In this document: piece by piece, positions 38,672-50,704 of the stretch
Layout of the letters: the number at the start of each line of letters is the position of its first letter
Position numbering within the stretch: position 1 is the first letter of the stretch
Origin: Nageia nagi
Taxonomy: Eukaryota > Plantae > Pinophyta
NCBI GenBank assembly: GCA_050084985.1
Contig: JBITNC010000001.1
Coordinates: 5,332,001-5,396,000 of the forward strand
Direction of reading: 5' to 3'
DNA length: 64,000 nt
Notes under the pieces: model-generated
Told to the model about the DNA's origin: nothing
The model's input: the letters and a program-made list of their open reading frames with translations, nothing else
Databases searched by the model: none
Program-made: the position numbers and the translations under genes

Positions 38672-41260
38672 CTAACAAAATACTAACCTTGCCTTGTATT
38701 TTTCAATGTTTCCATCAGAATTGTACTTGACCTTGTATATCCATTTATTGTCAATCACATTTTTCTCATTGGGATAAGGAACCAAATCCCAAGTTTCATT
38801 TTTCATGAGAGCCTCATACTCAACTTTCATAGCTTCCATCCAACACTCTTGCTTGGAAGCTTCTTTGAAGGTTGATGGCTCATGCATATTATCAATTTTG
38901 GCAAATAAGGATTTATTCAAGGTCATACTTCTGGTAATTCTCTGTGCTGGAGAATTTTGCTCTTGTGGTGACTTCTCTACATGCTCATCCAACCAGTTAG
39001 GTGCAGGCGAAGAATCATCTGTATCAGATACTTCAGCATGAGAGGTGGTATCCTCAGAAAGTTCATTGAACTTAACATCCCTAGACACAAAGACTATTTT
39101 ATGGGATGAAGAGTAGAGCCTGTAACCTCTATGCTGATTATCATACCCCACAAAGATGCATTTTTCTGATCGTTTATCTAGCTTCTTTCTTTTCTCTGAG
39201 GTAATGAAGGCAAATGCATCACAACCGAAGATTCTGAAGTGTGAGAGGTTAGGTTTCTTTCCTGTCCATGCTTCATATGGAGTTTTACCTTCAACTGCCT
39301 TAGTAGGACACCTATTTAGTGTGTGAATAGCAGTGTGAACAGCTTCGCCCCATAAGAAACTAGGAAGGTTACCCAACATGCATCTTGCCATTTCCATAAT
39401 GGTGCGATTCTTCCTTTCAGCAACTCCATTTTGCTGAGGGGTGTAAGGGATTGTGAATTGTCACTTAATCCCGTGTTTAACACAAAAGTTGTTAAACTCA
39501 TTGCTATTATATTCACCCCCATTGTCTGATCTCAGCATTTTGATCTTAAAATCAGTTTGATTTTCAACAAGTGCCTTGAAGTCTTGAAACCTGTCAAAAG
39601 TTTGATCCTTGTGCTCAAGTAGATAACCAAATGTCATCCTACTGAAGTCATAAATGAAGGTCAGAACATAAGAAGCTCCACCTAGTGACTTAGTCTGAAA
39701 AGGACCCATCAAATCTGAATGCACAAGCTGAAGAGGACAAGTAGCCCGAGTTGCCTTATCTTTTTCAAACTTTTGCCTATGCATCTTTCCTAGAATGCAC
39801 CTTTCACAAAGACCAACTATGGGTGAAATATTAGGTAAACCTTCCACAAGTTCTTGAGTTTTCATAGCTTGAATACTCTTGTGGTTAAGGTGTCCTAATC
39901 GTTGATGCCAAAGATTACCTTTTGAACAAACATTTGTAGCAAGATAAATCTTTGAAGGTACTTGATCCACAATATAAAGGTCATTCTTTACTGATCCTTT
40001 CATCAAAGTGGCAAGTCCTTTCTTAACACACCAAGAGTGTGAGGTAAACTCAAATGAGCATCCTTTCCTTGTAATTTGAATCACGGAGATGAGATGCATC
40101 CTTAGTTTAGGCACATAAAAGACATTGTCAAGAGTCTTTCCATGAATCTTCACACTTCCTATTCCGTGAACATCAAGGACTGTATTATCACCTATCACAA
40201 CTGCATCCTTTTTGTACTTATGAAAATTTTCAAACTTATCTTTTTCATAACACATGTGATTAGTGCATCCTGTATCAACAATCCAGTCATTTGAAATAGT
40301 TTGAGTCATTGAGTAGTAGGCAACAGAAGCAGCATGCTTGTTCTTCTTTTTATTATTGAAATTTCTCATATTTGCATTTCCCTTTCCTTTTTGAGCAAAT
40401 TTCTTTTTGCGACAATCATACTCTTTGTGCCCAAAGATGCCACAGAAGTTACAATTCCCATCAAACTTTTCTTGAGGTGTTGGATTGCTTGATCCTGCTT
40501 TATCATTCCTGTGCCTGTAGTTGCCATGATTGTTGTTGTTGTTGCCCTTTTTGTCATACTTCCTGAAGGTAGATGAGGACTTGTTGTCTTTGAATTTGTA
40601 ATGTTTGAACTTTTTCTTGAAAGGAGTTTTGGTTGCTCCTAGAGCAATGCTATGGTCCTTTGGAGAAAGGTTCAACATTTTCTTGTTCAAAGTTTCCTCA
40701 TGCTTTAGAAGAAGTCTTGAAAGGTTATCAAGTGAGATGACATCTTCTTCATCATCGAGCCTTGTTTCCATAACTGTGACAAAGTTGCTGAACTTTGAAG
40801 TAAGGCTTTGTAGAATGATGAAGACCATGAACTCATCATTGATCCAGTTGCAGCCACAACCAACCAGTTGTGTCCTGAGGTCAATGATTTTGTTCAAGTA
40901 GATGGAGGCACTTTCATCTTCACTTTGTCGATACTGCAACAACTTTTGTAGAATGGTAAACCTTCTTGAAAATTTGGACCCAAGGTAGATCTTCTTTAAC
41001 CTATCCCAAGCTTCCTTTGCTGAAGTTGATGAAGAAATCATGAGAAGGACATCATCTGAAACTGCACGGTATATCATAGAAGTTGCTAACTCATTCTTTG
41101 AGTTGTATACTTCAAGAGCCTTCTCATCGGTAGGAGCAACTGCATCTTCACTAACTGTCTGCCATAGCTTTCTTGCTTGTAACTCGGCTTTCATACGTGG
41201 TTCCCATATTCCAAAGTTGGAACCATCGAGTATGTGCTTGGGAACGAAGGTTTCAACCAT
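38672..41260 (-). pseudogene. Copia gag-protease-integrase polyprotein, one in-frame stop, RT truncated
   Basis: ORFs 39461-41344 and 38672-39397 are in the same frame, split by TGA at 39461-39463. Likely start MVETF at 41260. Motifs: LDGSNFGIW, CNFCGIFGHKEYDC knuckle, WIVDTGCTNHM protease, LWHQRLGH..CERC, HSD / SDNGGEY / GVAERKN integrase. RT ends at KYKARLVFC*. Confidence 0.95.
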
Positions 41261-42050
41261 TGCTACAAAAACAAATAAATATGCAATAAGAATGTAAACT
41301 TTTACAATTTTTCCATCTATACATATAAAACAACTAATAAGCAAACATGTCCCACATGTGTAAACTCATTAACCACGATCCATAGAAGGATAAAGTTGGG
41401 GTTGTTTTCTTGTATAGAATTAGGCCTTCACCTGGATGCCCGCAAGGTGGAGCCCAGGTACTACCAGTCCTCAACCAGTTCACCTTGGTCAGTGATATAC
41501 TCTCACAAGGAGAAGTACTTACGATTTTCCAAGGATCCGACGTATCTTGGACCGGCCATTTTAATTATCTTGATTAAGGGTTTCAGTTTTCCTCCTAGGT
41601 TATCAGGATAATCCCTGAATGGACGTGCGGACATGTGGTATCACTACACACATGCCTGTCCACCTAATAGAGTTATGTCCAATCCAACAGAGGTCTTAGG
41701 GGCAATTAAGACGGACTTACCACCACTCGGTTCTTCGGACTAAAAGGGCTCCAGTCTGCCCTGTCCTCACCTCATGGCTCCCCAAACAAGTCATGTTGTG
41801 GAAAATACGTGCGGATGTATTCATTTTAGGGGTTACTTTTCACATTTTTGCGTATTGCAAGTATAAGCAAATGTGCAAAAAAAAATATAAAGTAAGGTGA
41901 AAAATTACTCCATCCACACGAACTTGAAACCTTAAAAAGGCCAAAAAAATTGAGTCCAATGGGTTTTGTTCTAACCCCTAAAGGACTTTTACATTGTTCA
42001 CATTCAAAGCACTTAATTAAACATTAAGAACTAAGTCCTACTTAGTATTT

Positions 42051-42390
42051 AATTCATAACATGCATTGTATCATGACTTAAAAATTTAAGTAAGCATGCA
42101 TCATGCATTAAAAATTTAAGTCCTAAGCATATTTAGTCTTCAAATAAGATACATGCATCTAGATAATTCATAACATGCATTGTATCATGACTTAAAAATT
42201 TAAGTAAGCATGCATCATGCATTAAAAATTTAAGTCCTAAGCATACTTATGCATTCTTAACATTTAAGCATACTTATAACATGCATTCTATCATGACTTA
42301 AAATTTACGTAAGCATGCATCATGCATTACAAATTTAAGTCCTAAGCATGTTTTAGTCTTCAAATAAGATACATGCATCTAGATAAAATT
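42051..42390. repeat. Three ~110-bp AT-rich tandem units in the copia 5' leader
   Basis: ATAACATGCATT(G/C)TATCATGACTTAAAA...GCATGCATCATGCATTA...GTCCTAAGCAT at ~42051, 42165 and 42271. Confidence 0.85.
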
Positions 42391-42879
42391 TAAGTAAAAA
42401 ATTTATACCAAGGCCCCCCCTTTTTGTTACTTAAAGTTTTATCTCTAGAGAATCAACCTGTATGCTATGACTTGGCTTATAAGTGATGTATTTTAAGTAA
42501 AAGATTCCCTTATTTACTTAAAAAAAATAGCATACTTTAGATTAAATTACTATGCATGTGCACCTTTATTTAATTAAGCATTAAATTTGGAGGAGAAAAT
42601 AAGAAATTATGTGAAGGACTCCTAAGTGCATTTAATGGGAGCAATGGACTTGGAAGGTGGAATAGGAGACCCATACCCCAATTTTTAAATGCTTTGGAAG
42701 GCTTGGTCTACCTTAAAAAAATGCCTAAGTCAATAATCATTAAATGCTTAGGTGGAAAAATATGACCCCCCTTGTTTTTCTACCAAAAAAGACACGTTGC
42801 TTTTTGGAAGGGAAAATGTGTAGGTGGTCAAAAAACAAAACTAAGGCATTTAAGGTGACTTGGAAGACTTGCAAGGTGT

Positions 42880-43520
42880 TGGTAGCCAGCAACCTTGACC
42901 AGGGAAGGAGGAAGAGAAGGCTGGCGCAGGAGGCTGACCAGAGAGGAGGAGCTTTAAGAGGAGGGAGGAAGAGAGTGCAGAACTCCACGGTGTGACCATG
43001 GGCAGGGAGACCAGGAGGGAGCAGGCGTGGGAGGAGGCGTGCAGGTCTATCTGCACATGCAACGTATCCGTTTTGGTGCATCTCCTGCGATCATTATAGT
43101 CCGTGAAACGTAGTCTGCAGTATGCATCTTGTCAAACAATTCGCGCGTGCGTGCGGGAGGAGGCGAGGAGGAGACTGAGGCGACGCCATTGCATAGCCTG
43201 CTGACCAGACGTCAACAACAGTGTCACTGCCTGTCGAGGAAAGCCATGTCTGTGGTAGCAGCACTGCACTCGCAGAGGAGACCACCGCCGTGAGGAGGGA
43301 GTGCTGCGTCGAGGAGGAGCGGCGCTGCGGCGAGGAGGAGCGGCGGAGCGCAGTGGTGGAGGCAGGCGCGAGGGAGGAGGCTGCAGCGGTTCGGCGCCGG
43401 ACGGGAGCAGAGGAATGGTTGCGCGCGGGAGGCGCGAGTGGCGCGGCGGAGCCGCCAGGGGCCGCGCGGTGGCCGCGCGTGGGAGGTGGCCGCGCGCGTG
43501 CGCGGGGGCCCCGCGTTGTT
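42880..43520. other. GC/CpG-rich island inside the copia 5' leader
   Basis: Dense CG/GCGCG/GAGG sequence between AT-rich flanks. Confidence 0.9.
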
Positions 43521-44322
43521 TTAAAAATTTTACCCCCCCTCAATAATGTATTTTGATTTAATTTTTATTTGCCCCCTAAAGTTTTTAAAAATTTAATTTG
43601 ACCCCTCCAAGTTTTATTGTAAAACAAAACGTGAATGCAATTTAATAAATATATTTGTATTAATTGCTCCAATATATATTGTTTTAATTTAGCATTTAAA
43701 CAAATTTGTTTTAAAAAAATATATATATATAGCTTTGACTATAGGTTTAAAATAATGCAAGATATATAGTATGGTGCCACTAATATATGATTGTGCCCTT
43801 TTTTTTTAAAAAAAAAATTTGTCCTCCTTGCTAAAAAAAATTGCACCTTCCTCCCTTTTTTTTTTTGATATTGTTCACAAAAGACTATTGTAAAAAAAAA
43901 AACTTTTGAGTAAAAAAATTGTAATATTTCTCAAATGTTGTATACTAACCATCTCCTTTTTTTTGTTTGTTTAAATGTAGCAATTTAAGCACTTTGTAAA
44001 AATTGCAAGTAAACAAAAGGTTAGTAATAACAACAAACAAGGAACATCATATTACAATTTTGTTAGCCATGTATTGCCCAAACAAAAAAAATGAGCTCAA
44101 CACATAGCAAATAATGTTAGTATCATTAGTGCATAAACCAAAAAAAATGAAGGGGATTATATGAAGGAGGTTATACCTTCTCTTGAATTTACCTCACCAA
44201 GAAGATTAGGATTAAGATCTCCAAATTTGAGAAGGATGAAGCACCTTCAAAATGTAGCTTCCACACCAAAAGAGCTTCTTCAACAAGGAGAGTTTCAACA
44301 CCAAGAAGAGCTTCCTCAACAA

Positions 44323-44335
44323 GGCTCTGATACCA
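44323..44335 (-). other. Primer-binding site for tRNA-iMet
   Basis: Minus strand TGGTATCAGAGCC, 2 nt inside the 5' LTR. Confidence 0.95.
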
Positions 44336-44337
44336 AT

Positions 44338-44845
44338 TGAAGGATTTGAACTATAACTAAACAAATCCTCTAGGACCTTAGACTAGGAAACTCAAGTGTA
44401 CACAAGATAACACTTCTATAATTCTAAGAACATCATTCACACAATATGACACCAATATAATGTGGTTCCTCCCTCCTTGGGAGTACATCCACAACTAGTT
44501 CTCTTATTCTCAAATCTATGTCTCTCTTACAACTATTCTCTAGCTCTCTCCTACACAACCAAGTAGAGTAATCTTACTCAAAACTTAGATATGTTTACAT
44601 GAGGAGAGGCCCTCTATTTATAGGTTGAGAGCACCTCCCTAACCTTCCTTTAACCCAAGGGTAAGGTTAGGGTTACATTAAATGTACCACCAAACTTCAA
44701 CCTACCAACTAACTCCTTTGGTAAAGTCAAAGTCTATACATTAAAGAATTCTATTAATCATTTAAGGTATCTACATACCCTTAAGTGATTAATTGAATTT
44801 ACAAGGAGTCTAGATATTCACAATATTTCATTACAAATTCTAACA
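44338..44845 (-). repeat. 5' LTR (508 bp)
   Basis: Direct repeat of 37334-37841; contains TATAAATA on the minus strand at ~44614-44621. Confidence 0.97.
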
Positions 44846-44965
44846 GGATAAACCTCAAGCATTAATGCTTCATTATAAATGGTAACTTAGAATCATTCAT
44901 ATTATTTTGAGGATAAAGAGTACTACTAACATATAAATAAGTTTTTTTTGGTTAATTCAAGGTGT

Positions 44966-46100
44966 TGTAGGCTATCCTAGATTCAAAGGTATAATATAGC
45001 ACCTCAACTAGATAAGGAACATGTGTAGGCAATGAATTATTTTTTAATCCTATTTGAGTTTCTCGATGGAGTTGGCAGCTTAATGTTATTGTCGATGCCG
45101 ATATGCTTAGGTATCTATAATGCTTGCAAGATTCAAGTTCTCTCTTGATAGACTACCTTCACCATCGATGGACTTGTCCCAGACCCTTGAGGACTGTTTG
45201 ATAGCGATTTGGGACATGGTTTATAAAGCCTTTATTTAGGATACTTGGGTGTCCCCTCTATCATGAAACACCCAAGCTAGACCACTACACCCAACACTAC
45301 CTTCAAGTCGAGGATGGTCAGATTTCCCTCTAGGATACATCAGCTTACACCTCCCCCCCAGGTTAAGAATGTTGCTTGGATAGTTTTAGGTATGCTCACA
45401 CCAGTTGTGAGTGGAGATAAGCCACCACTTAGCTAGAGAGCTACGAGTCTACTACCTTTGCTCCTTGGAGATAGAATCTGAGGATCACTTCATCTTTTGA
45501 TGCTCGATCTATTATTAGATCAAGGGTTAAGACCATTATCTCTTATGTGATTCACTTGCTTCTTTCATTAGGTACCCATATTATCGATGCTTAGCCCTTT
45601 ACCTTTGAGAGGCCTTCCTCTTACGGAGATGTCTCCTAGCTTGAGCTCAGCAGCCCTCAGGTGATTGATACATTATATCCTTATTTCGTGCCTCCTCCCT
45701 AGAGGGGGCTCATAAAAGATGTAGAGAGGAACACCCATAACCACTCCGTCGGACTAGGAGACATCTTCAGAGCATGTTGGAGCCATCGAGGACTCATCAG
45801 ATTAGTTCTTTCTTTCCACCTAACAGCACCTTGATCACTTCACCCATGGACCAACATGAGCCCACCTTGTACCAAAGTACACCATCACACTCCCCTTTCA
45901 GATAAGGTCAAGATGACTTCTTTGTAGTTGTTCTAGATTTTGTACCCCCCTTCCACTAGGGTGGGGTTCTTTAACCTAGAAATTTCAGTTTAACTCATTT
46001 CCTTTTGCTTTCCTTAGATGGGATCCATTAAGGGTTTAGCTGGCTTTTCTAGTAGGACTGTACATGCTAGTCCCATTGATCGCTCTTGGTCACCTGAGGA
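44966..46100 (-). mobile_element. Truncated LTR element remnant (384-bp LTR + PPT + decayed internal sequence)
   Basis: TGTAGGCT at 44966 and AGCTTACA ending 45349 form inverted ends; CCTCCCCCCCA (minus-strand PPT) follows directly; right limit approximate. Confidence 0.5.
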
Positions 46101-48840
46101 CATTAATATAATTTCTTTCTTTCTTTCTTTCCTTAGAGAATAATTAATCATCTACATACATGCTATTTTTATCACATATGGTAATATAGATTTAAAAAAA
46201 TCTAAAATCCATTGTATGTTTAGTATTTATGTGCAATCATATTATAATATGTATATTTAAAAATATCTATATTTAACTTGAGATAGTTAATATGAAAATT
46301 ATAGTTAACTAACTATATCAATATTTTTTTTTATAAAAATCTAATAATATGTTATCATATTAATAATATAATATTTCTATATCATAACATTGGATGGTTG
46401 ATTATAAGTAGTATTTTTATTTTTCTTTATGCATATCTCACTACTCATATCATAGGAAAATGATGACAACTAAGAAATCTCATATAATTAACATAGTTAC
46501 TACCTCCTCAAATTGATATATTCATCAAAGAATTGATATTTATTTCACATATCTCACATAAAACAAGGTTGTCATTCTTTAATTGCTAATATCCCTCCAT
46601 ACGATGCTATTCAAGGGTGTAAATGAATAATGGATGATCTATCCTAATATGAAAAGATTTGAAAATATTTTAATAAATTAATTGTAGTCATCTTATTTTT
46701 ATATGGTCATATTAATCATCTTGTTTATTAAACTATTATATTGTAATATATATTTTTAATAATAATCTATCTTCTATACTATATAGGTAACATTATTGTC
46801 ATACATTATGTTTTTATATCTTAATTATACTTCAAAATATATTACAAACCATATTAATAAATTTAGATACGGAGTTTAAACTTACTAAATATAAAAATTT
46901 ATTATCAAGAGAAGTAATTTATTAAATGCAATTTTTTCACTTTGTGCATTCATTATGAAAATAAATATCTTTTGAGAACTTGATATCTTTCTATCAACAA
47001 GACTTAAATTATGTGTTATGAATGTTATGGATAAGTAAAGCTAAATTATTTAAATGTCTTCATTGAAAACTTTTCTTTATTAAGAATTGTATTAAGAGAT
47101 TATATGAATTCTAAAATTCATTAGTTTACATTTAAATCTGTACATATTTTTGTAGGTTATTTTATTCTAATTACAAAATAATCATCAAAGCATTCTAAAA
47201 AATATTAATAATTATACAAATTAAAAAATCAAATTTTTTATAATGAAAAATATCAATTATGTTTGAGTTTTATTGTTAGTTTGATAAAGTTAGTATGAAT
47301 TTTATACAATTTTCTTTTCCATATCAATTATACTTGAAGAAATAGGATGTTATATTCTTACACAATCCTCTAAATTTTGCAAGTCAATGATTGAGGGAGG
47401 GAGCAATCCATCATACTTTACCGGCATACAAAGATTGTGCAACATATTTATGGTTTTTAATACATTTCAATAGTTATAATATAATTTATATCCATTATGG
47501 TGTATGTGGATTGATCATAAATGAATACTTCATTTTATTATTATATTTCCTACTAATATGATTACAAATTACTATAGTAAAACAACATGTAGATACCATA
47601 TTATCAAAGTGAATACATGAAAATTTCATATTCTAATGCAATATTTGAAATTCATAATATTATAGTAAACTCTTAGTTCATAAATATTTAACTATGCATT
47701 TGTTTGCTATAAATTTTATGTATGATTTAAAAAATAAATACTTATATGTAATCTATTAAAACTAATGAATATAAATTATTTATCAATTATTCAAGATCCT
47801 ATAAATTCTTTTTATGTATAATCTTAACAATTTACATGTTATAATAAAATAAATAATAATAATTTTAAAAAACTAAAATAGTGATAATAATAATAATGTA
47901 AGCATAATAATCTAAAATTAATTGGAAAAAATTATCTTGATTTGTAGAGATATTTTTAAAAGAAAATAAAAAAGTATATGGTTATGCACCTATCAATAAG
48001 TATTTACTTTCAAATTTATTAAAGAATAACAATTGTTGTGAAGTTATAAGTTAATAGTTATAATATTAAAATATAAGTATGTAGTATTAGTAAAAATATT
48101 TTATCAAATATAATAATTCTAAATTGATCGAAATAATTGTGAAAATAAATATTTATTGTAAATACAATATTCTTGTAATCATAGGACATTAATTATGTGT
48201 TTGCAACTATAAAAATTGTAATCTAATAAAATATTTTTTATATTATTCGCAAGAAAGAATATTGCATTCAATCAAATAAAAGTTAAAGTAAGTAATAAGA
48301 TAAATGTTGAACTATATATCATTAGAAAACAAAATAACATTACATAGAAATATTAAAATTCAAATGGAAAATGTTATATTCAATCAAATAAAAAATATTA
48401 TATACAATAATTACAAATGAAATTAAATAATAATATACTAAAAGAAGGTATTCAATAAAAATAAGTTCATATCTATTTCAAAGTATGATATTGAACTATT
48501 ATTTTTTAAAAGATCATATTTATAATTAATAACACATGTTATTATGGTAAATTTATTTTTAATATTATTTAATTCATTAAATATTTGTTATAAATTTTTA
48601 TTTTAGATAAGATATTTTATTTATCAATTAAATGATTAGTTAAAAGATATAGTATGATAATATGTAATATTATGTAAAACAAAAAAAAAAAAATTAAATC
48701 AAAAAGATAAAAATTATTTCATGATTGATCTCCTCTTTAACAAATTCTCAACCATCGATTTGAAAATAAACTTTCAAAGCTCAAAGGAGGATGCCTACAT
48801 GGTAAAAATAATTTAAAGTTACATAATAGAATTTAATAGT

Positions 48841-48930
48841 GACCACGTGTATGATCATTCAATCCCCTCGTTACGGTGAAAATTTCGCGGACGGCTTCTT
48901 TCAAATTTCATTCAAACATCTCGCTTATAA
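48841..48930 (+). promoter_or_regulatory. Putative AKR promoter with G-box/ABRE
   Basis: CACGTG at 48844-48849 at the start of a CpG-retaining patch; TTATAA at ~48925; probable 5' UTR intron donor GTAATT at 49010. Confidence 0.45.
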
Positions 48931-50575
48931 CGAGAACTAATAACAAAATTTCTGCTCCATATTTTGGGACAGAAATTTCTGCAACTTGGGATTCCGAAGA
49001 ATTCTTCAAGTAATTCTCTTGTTTTTAATCCCAGAAATTTGTCATTCCTGTTTTGTTTCGGTGAGATAGAAAAATCTGCTTTAATCTGAATAAATTCAGT
49101 TGACTTTTCTGGAGTACTTTTATATCAAAAATTCGGCAGAAATGTAACTTGTAAAGTATAATTTAAATTTTTTGAGGACATTTCAATATGGACAATTCTA
49201 AAATTCAAATGTTTGGCCTTTTTTCTTTGTGAAATCTATGCATTTTGTGGATTCTTGTAACATTTCAAGGAAACTAGTTTACAGTAAACTTTGCAGGGTT
49301 TAGGTAGTGAAAATATTTACTTCGGATTAGTAGAAGACTAAATTTAGATTTTATTTTCCTGAGTGCGTTAATTCATCTGCAAATTGAGCTTCTTGTCTTC
49401 GATTTTGACAAATAGTATCTATTTTTTTTTTCACAAAAGACCAAACGAGATGAGTTTGCCAAGTTTTTTTTTGTCTAAATAAGTTAATTATGTGCATCAT
49501 TCAGTCTCTTTTACTCCTTTGAGTAAGTAAATCGTTTAGATATCGAAATCTAGGTATCGATCTTAAGGTAATGTGTTTGATTTGGTAAACTTTCTGTTCA
49601 TCTGTTATGACAGAAACATATTCTTGTTAAGGATACATTATTTTTAGTTAGAATTCAGGCATGTTTTTTTTTGGTATTTTTTCTTTATATTATGTTGTCA
49701 TTTTGCTTCGATTCTATTAAGGTATTCTTAATATTGTATTTTGGTTTCTAATTTTTTTTTTGAATGAGAAATATCCCCTTAATATTGTTTTCTAAATTTA
49801 AATTTTAGTCTTTTCGGCATTCGACAAAACGTATATTTGCCTAAAAAAAATCTCCTTTCTACGGTTCAGAGCAATGATTTTCTTTCTACTGAAGGATTTA
49901 GGTTATTTTTTTATATAATTTGTGTTTTGTTGTTATTTTTTAATGATAAAACACTTTTTCATGGCAAACCAGATCTTCAGGTTTCAGAGACAGATCACTA
50001 AAGAACAGATTCTTTGGCCTTAGGAGAGACTAGTGTTTGGGGCCAGAGTGAGCGCCCTCAGGGCTGTCCGCCTCTCTTTCTCCTTCTTTCTCCATCCTAA
50101 GAACACTACCCACAACTTGTTTGGGATGAACTACAGCTTCTCCCTCTCCTTTCTACTTGCTTCCCACTCTTTTTGGTCAGCTACTTAGGTCGCAACATTG
50201 TATGTACTTTGTTTCCCTCTTGATTATTATTATCTATTATTATCGCAGTGTTCTTTTCATAATGCCGTGAACATTAATAATATTTCATTTCATTTCTATG
50301 CTTGCATAAAAACATTTCCTGTATAATGAGAAAGAATTGATTTTATTTACATTGCAAGGTACAGGATTCGTTCATTTTCATTCTGTTTATATCTATCAAT
50401 TATGTCTCCTCATTATGATGAAATATCTACTGGCTTGCATGAATTTTCTCCCTTTTATGATTTAGATGGACTTTTTTTCTGTGTTGTAGGATGTATGGGT
50501 TTTCTCCCTTCTGTGATTTTGATTATTTATTTTTCTTGGTTCTGTAGGTTTTTGTGACGAGAGAAAACCTGAAGC

Positions 50576-50704
50576 ATGGGGGATGTTTCTGGATCAACTT
50601 TGTCCTTCGAACTAAACACAGGTGCTAAAATACCAGCTGTAGGACTCGGAACATGGCAGGCTCCACCTGGTGTCGTTGGTGATGCGGTAAAAGCGGCTAT
50701 TAAG
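50576..50704 (+). CDS. AKR4C: Aldo-keto reductase family 4C-like protein, first coding exon (gene continues beyond the window)
   Basis: [43 protein letters not shown]; acceptor TGTAG at 50543-50547; phase-0 donor AAG|GTACCT just before the expected GYRHIDCA motif; missed by the ORF track. Confidence 0.92.

Larger units (their letters stand above)
37334..44845 (-). mobile_element. Young, RT/RNase H-deleted Ty1/copia LTR retrotransposon
   Basis: 508-bp LTRs with no differences seen by eye; TSD GGATA at 37329-37333 and 44846-44850; PBS TGGTATCAGAGCC; PPT AAGGGGGAG; domain order gag-PR-INT-(RT start). Confidence 0.97.

Noticed and set aside
41261-41344. ORF-track N-terminal extension of gag
   Set aside because: Non-ATG start within a U-rich, acceptor-like tract; gag similarity begins after the ATG at 41260
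42740-43556. Overlapping ORFs in the GC island as an env-like or extra gene
   Set aside because: Low-complexity A/R/G/S/P translations open on both strands, as expected from stop-poor GC-rich DNA; no domain recognised
46100-48800. Extremely AT-rich stretch as a Helitron or MITE
   Set aside because: No termini, hairpin, TSD or coding remnant identifiable by eye
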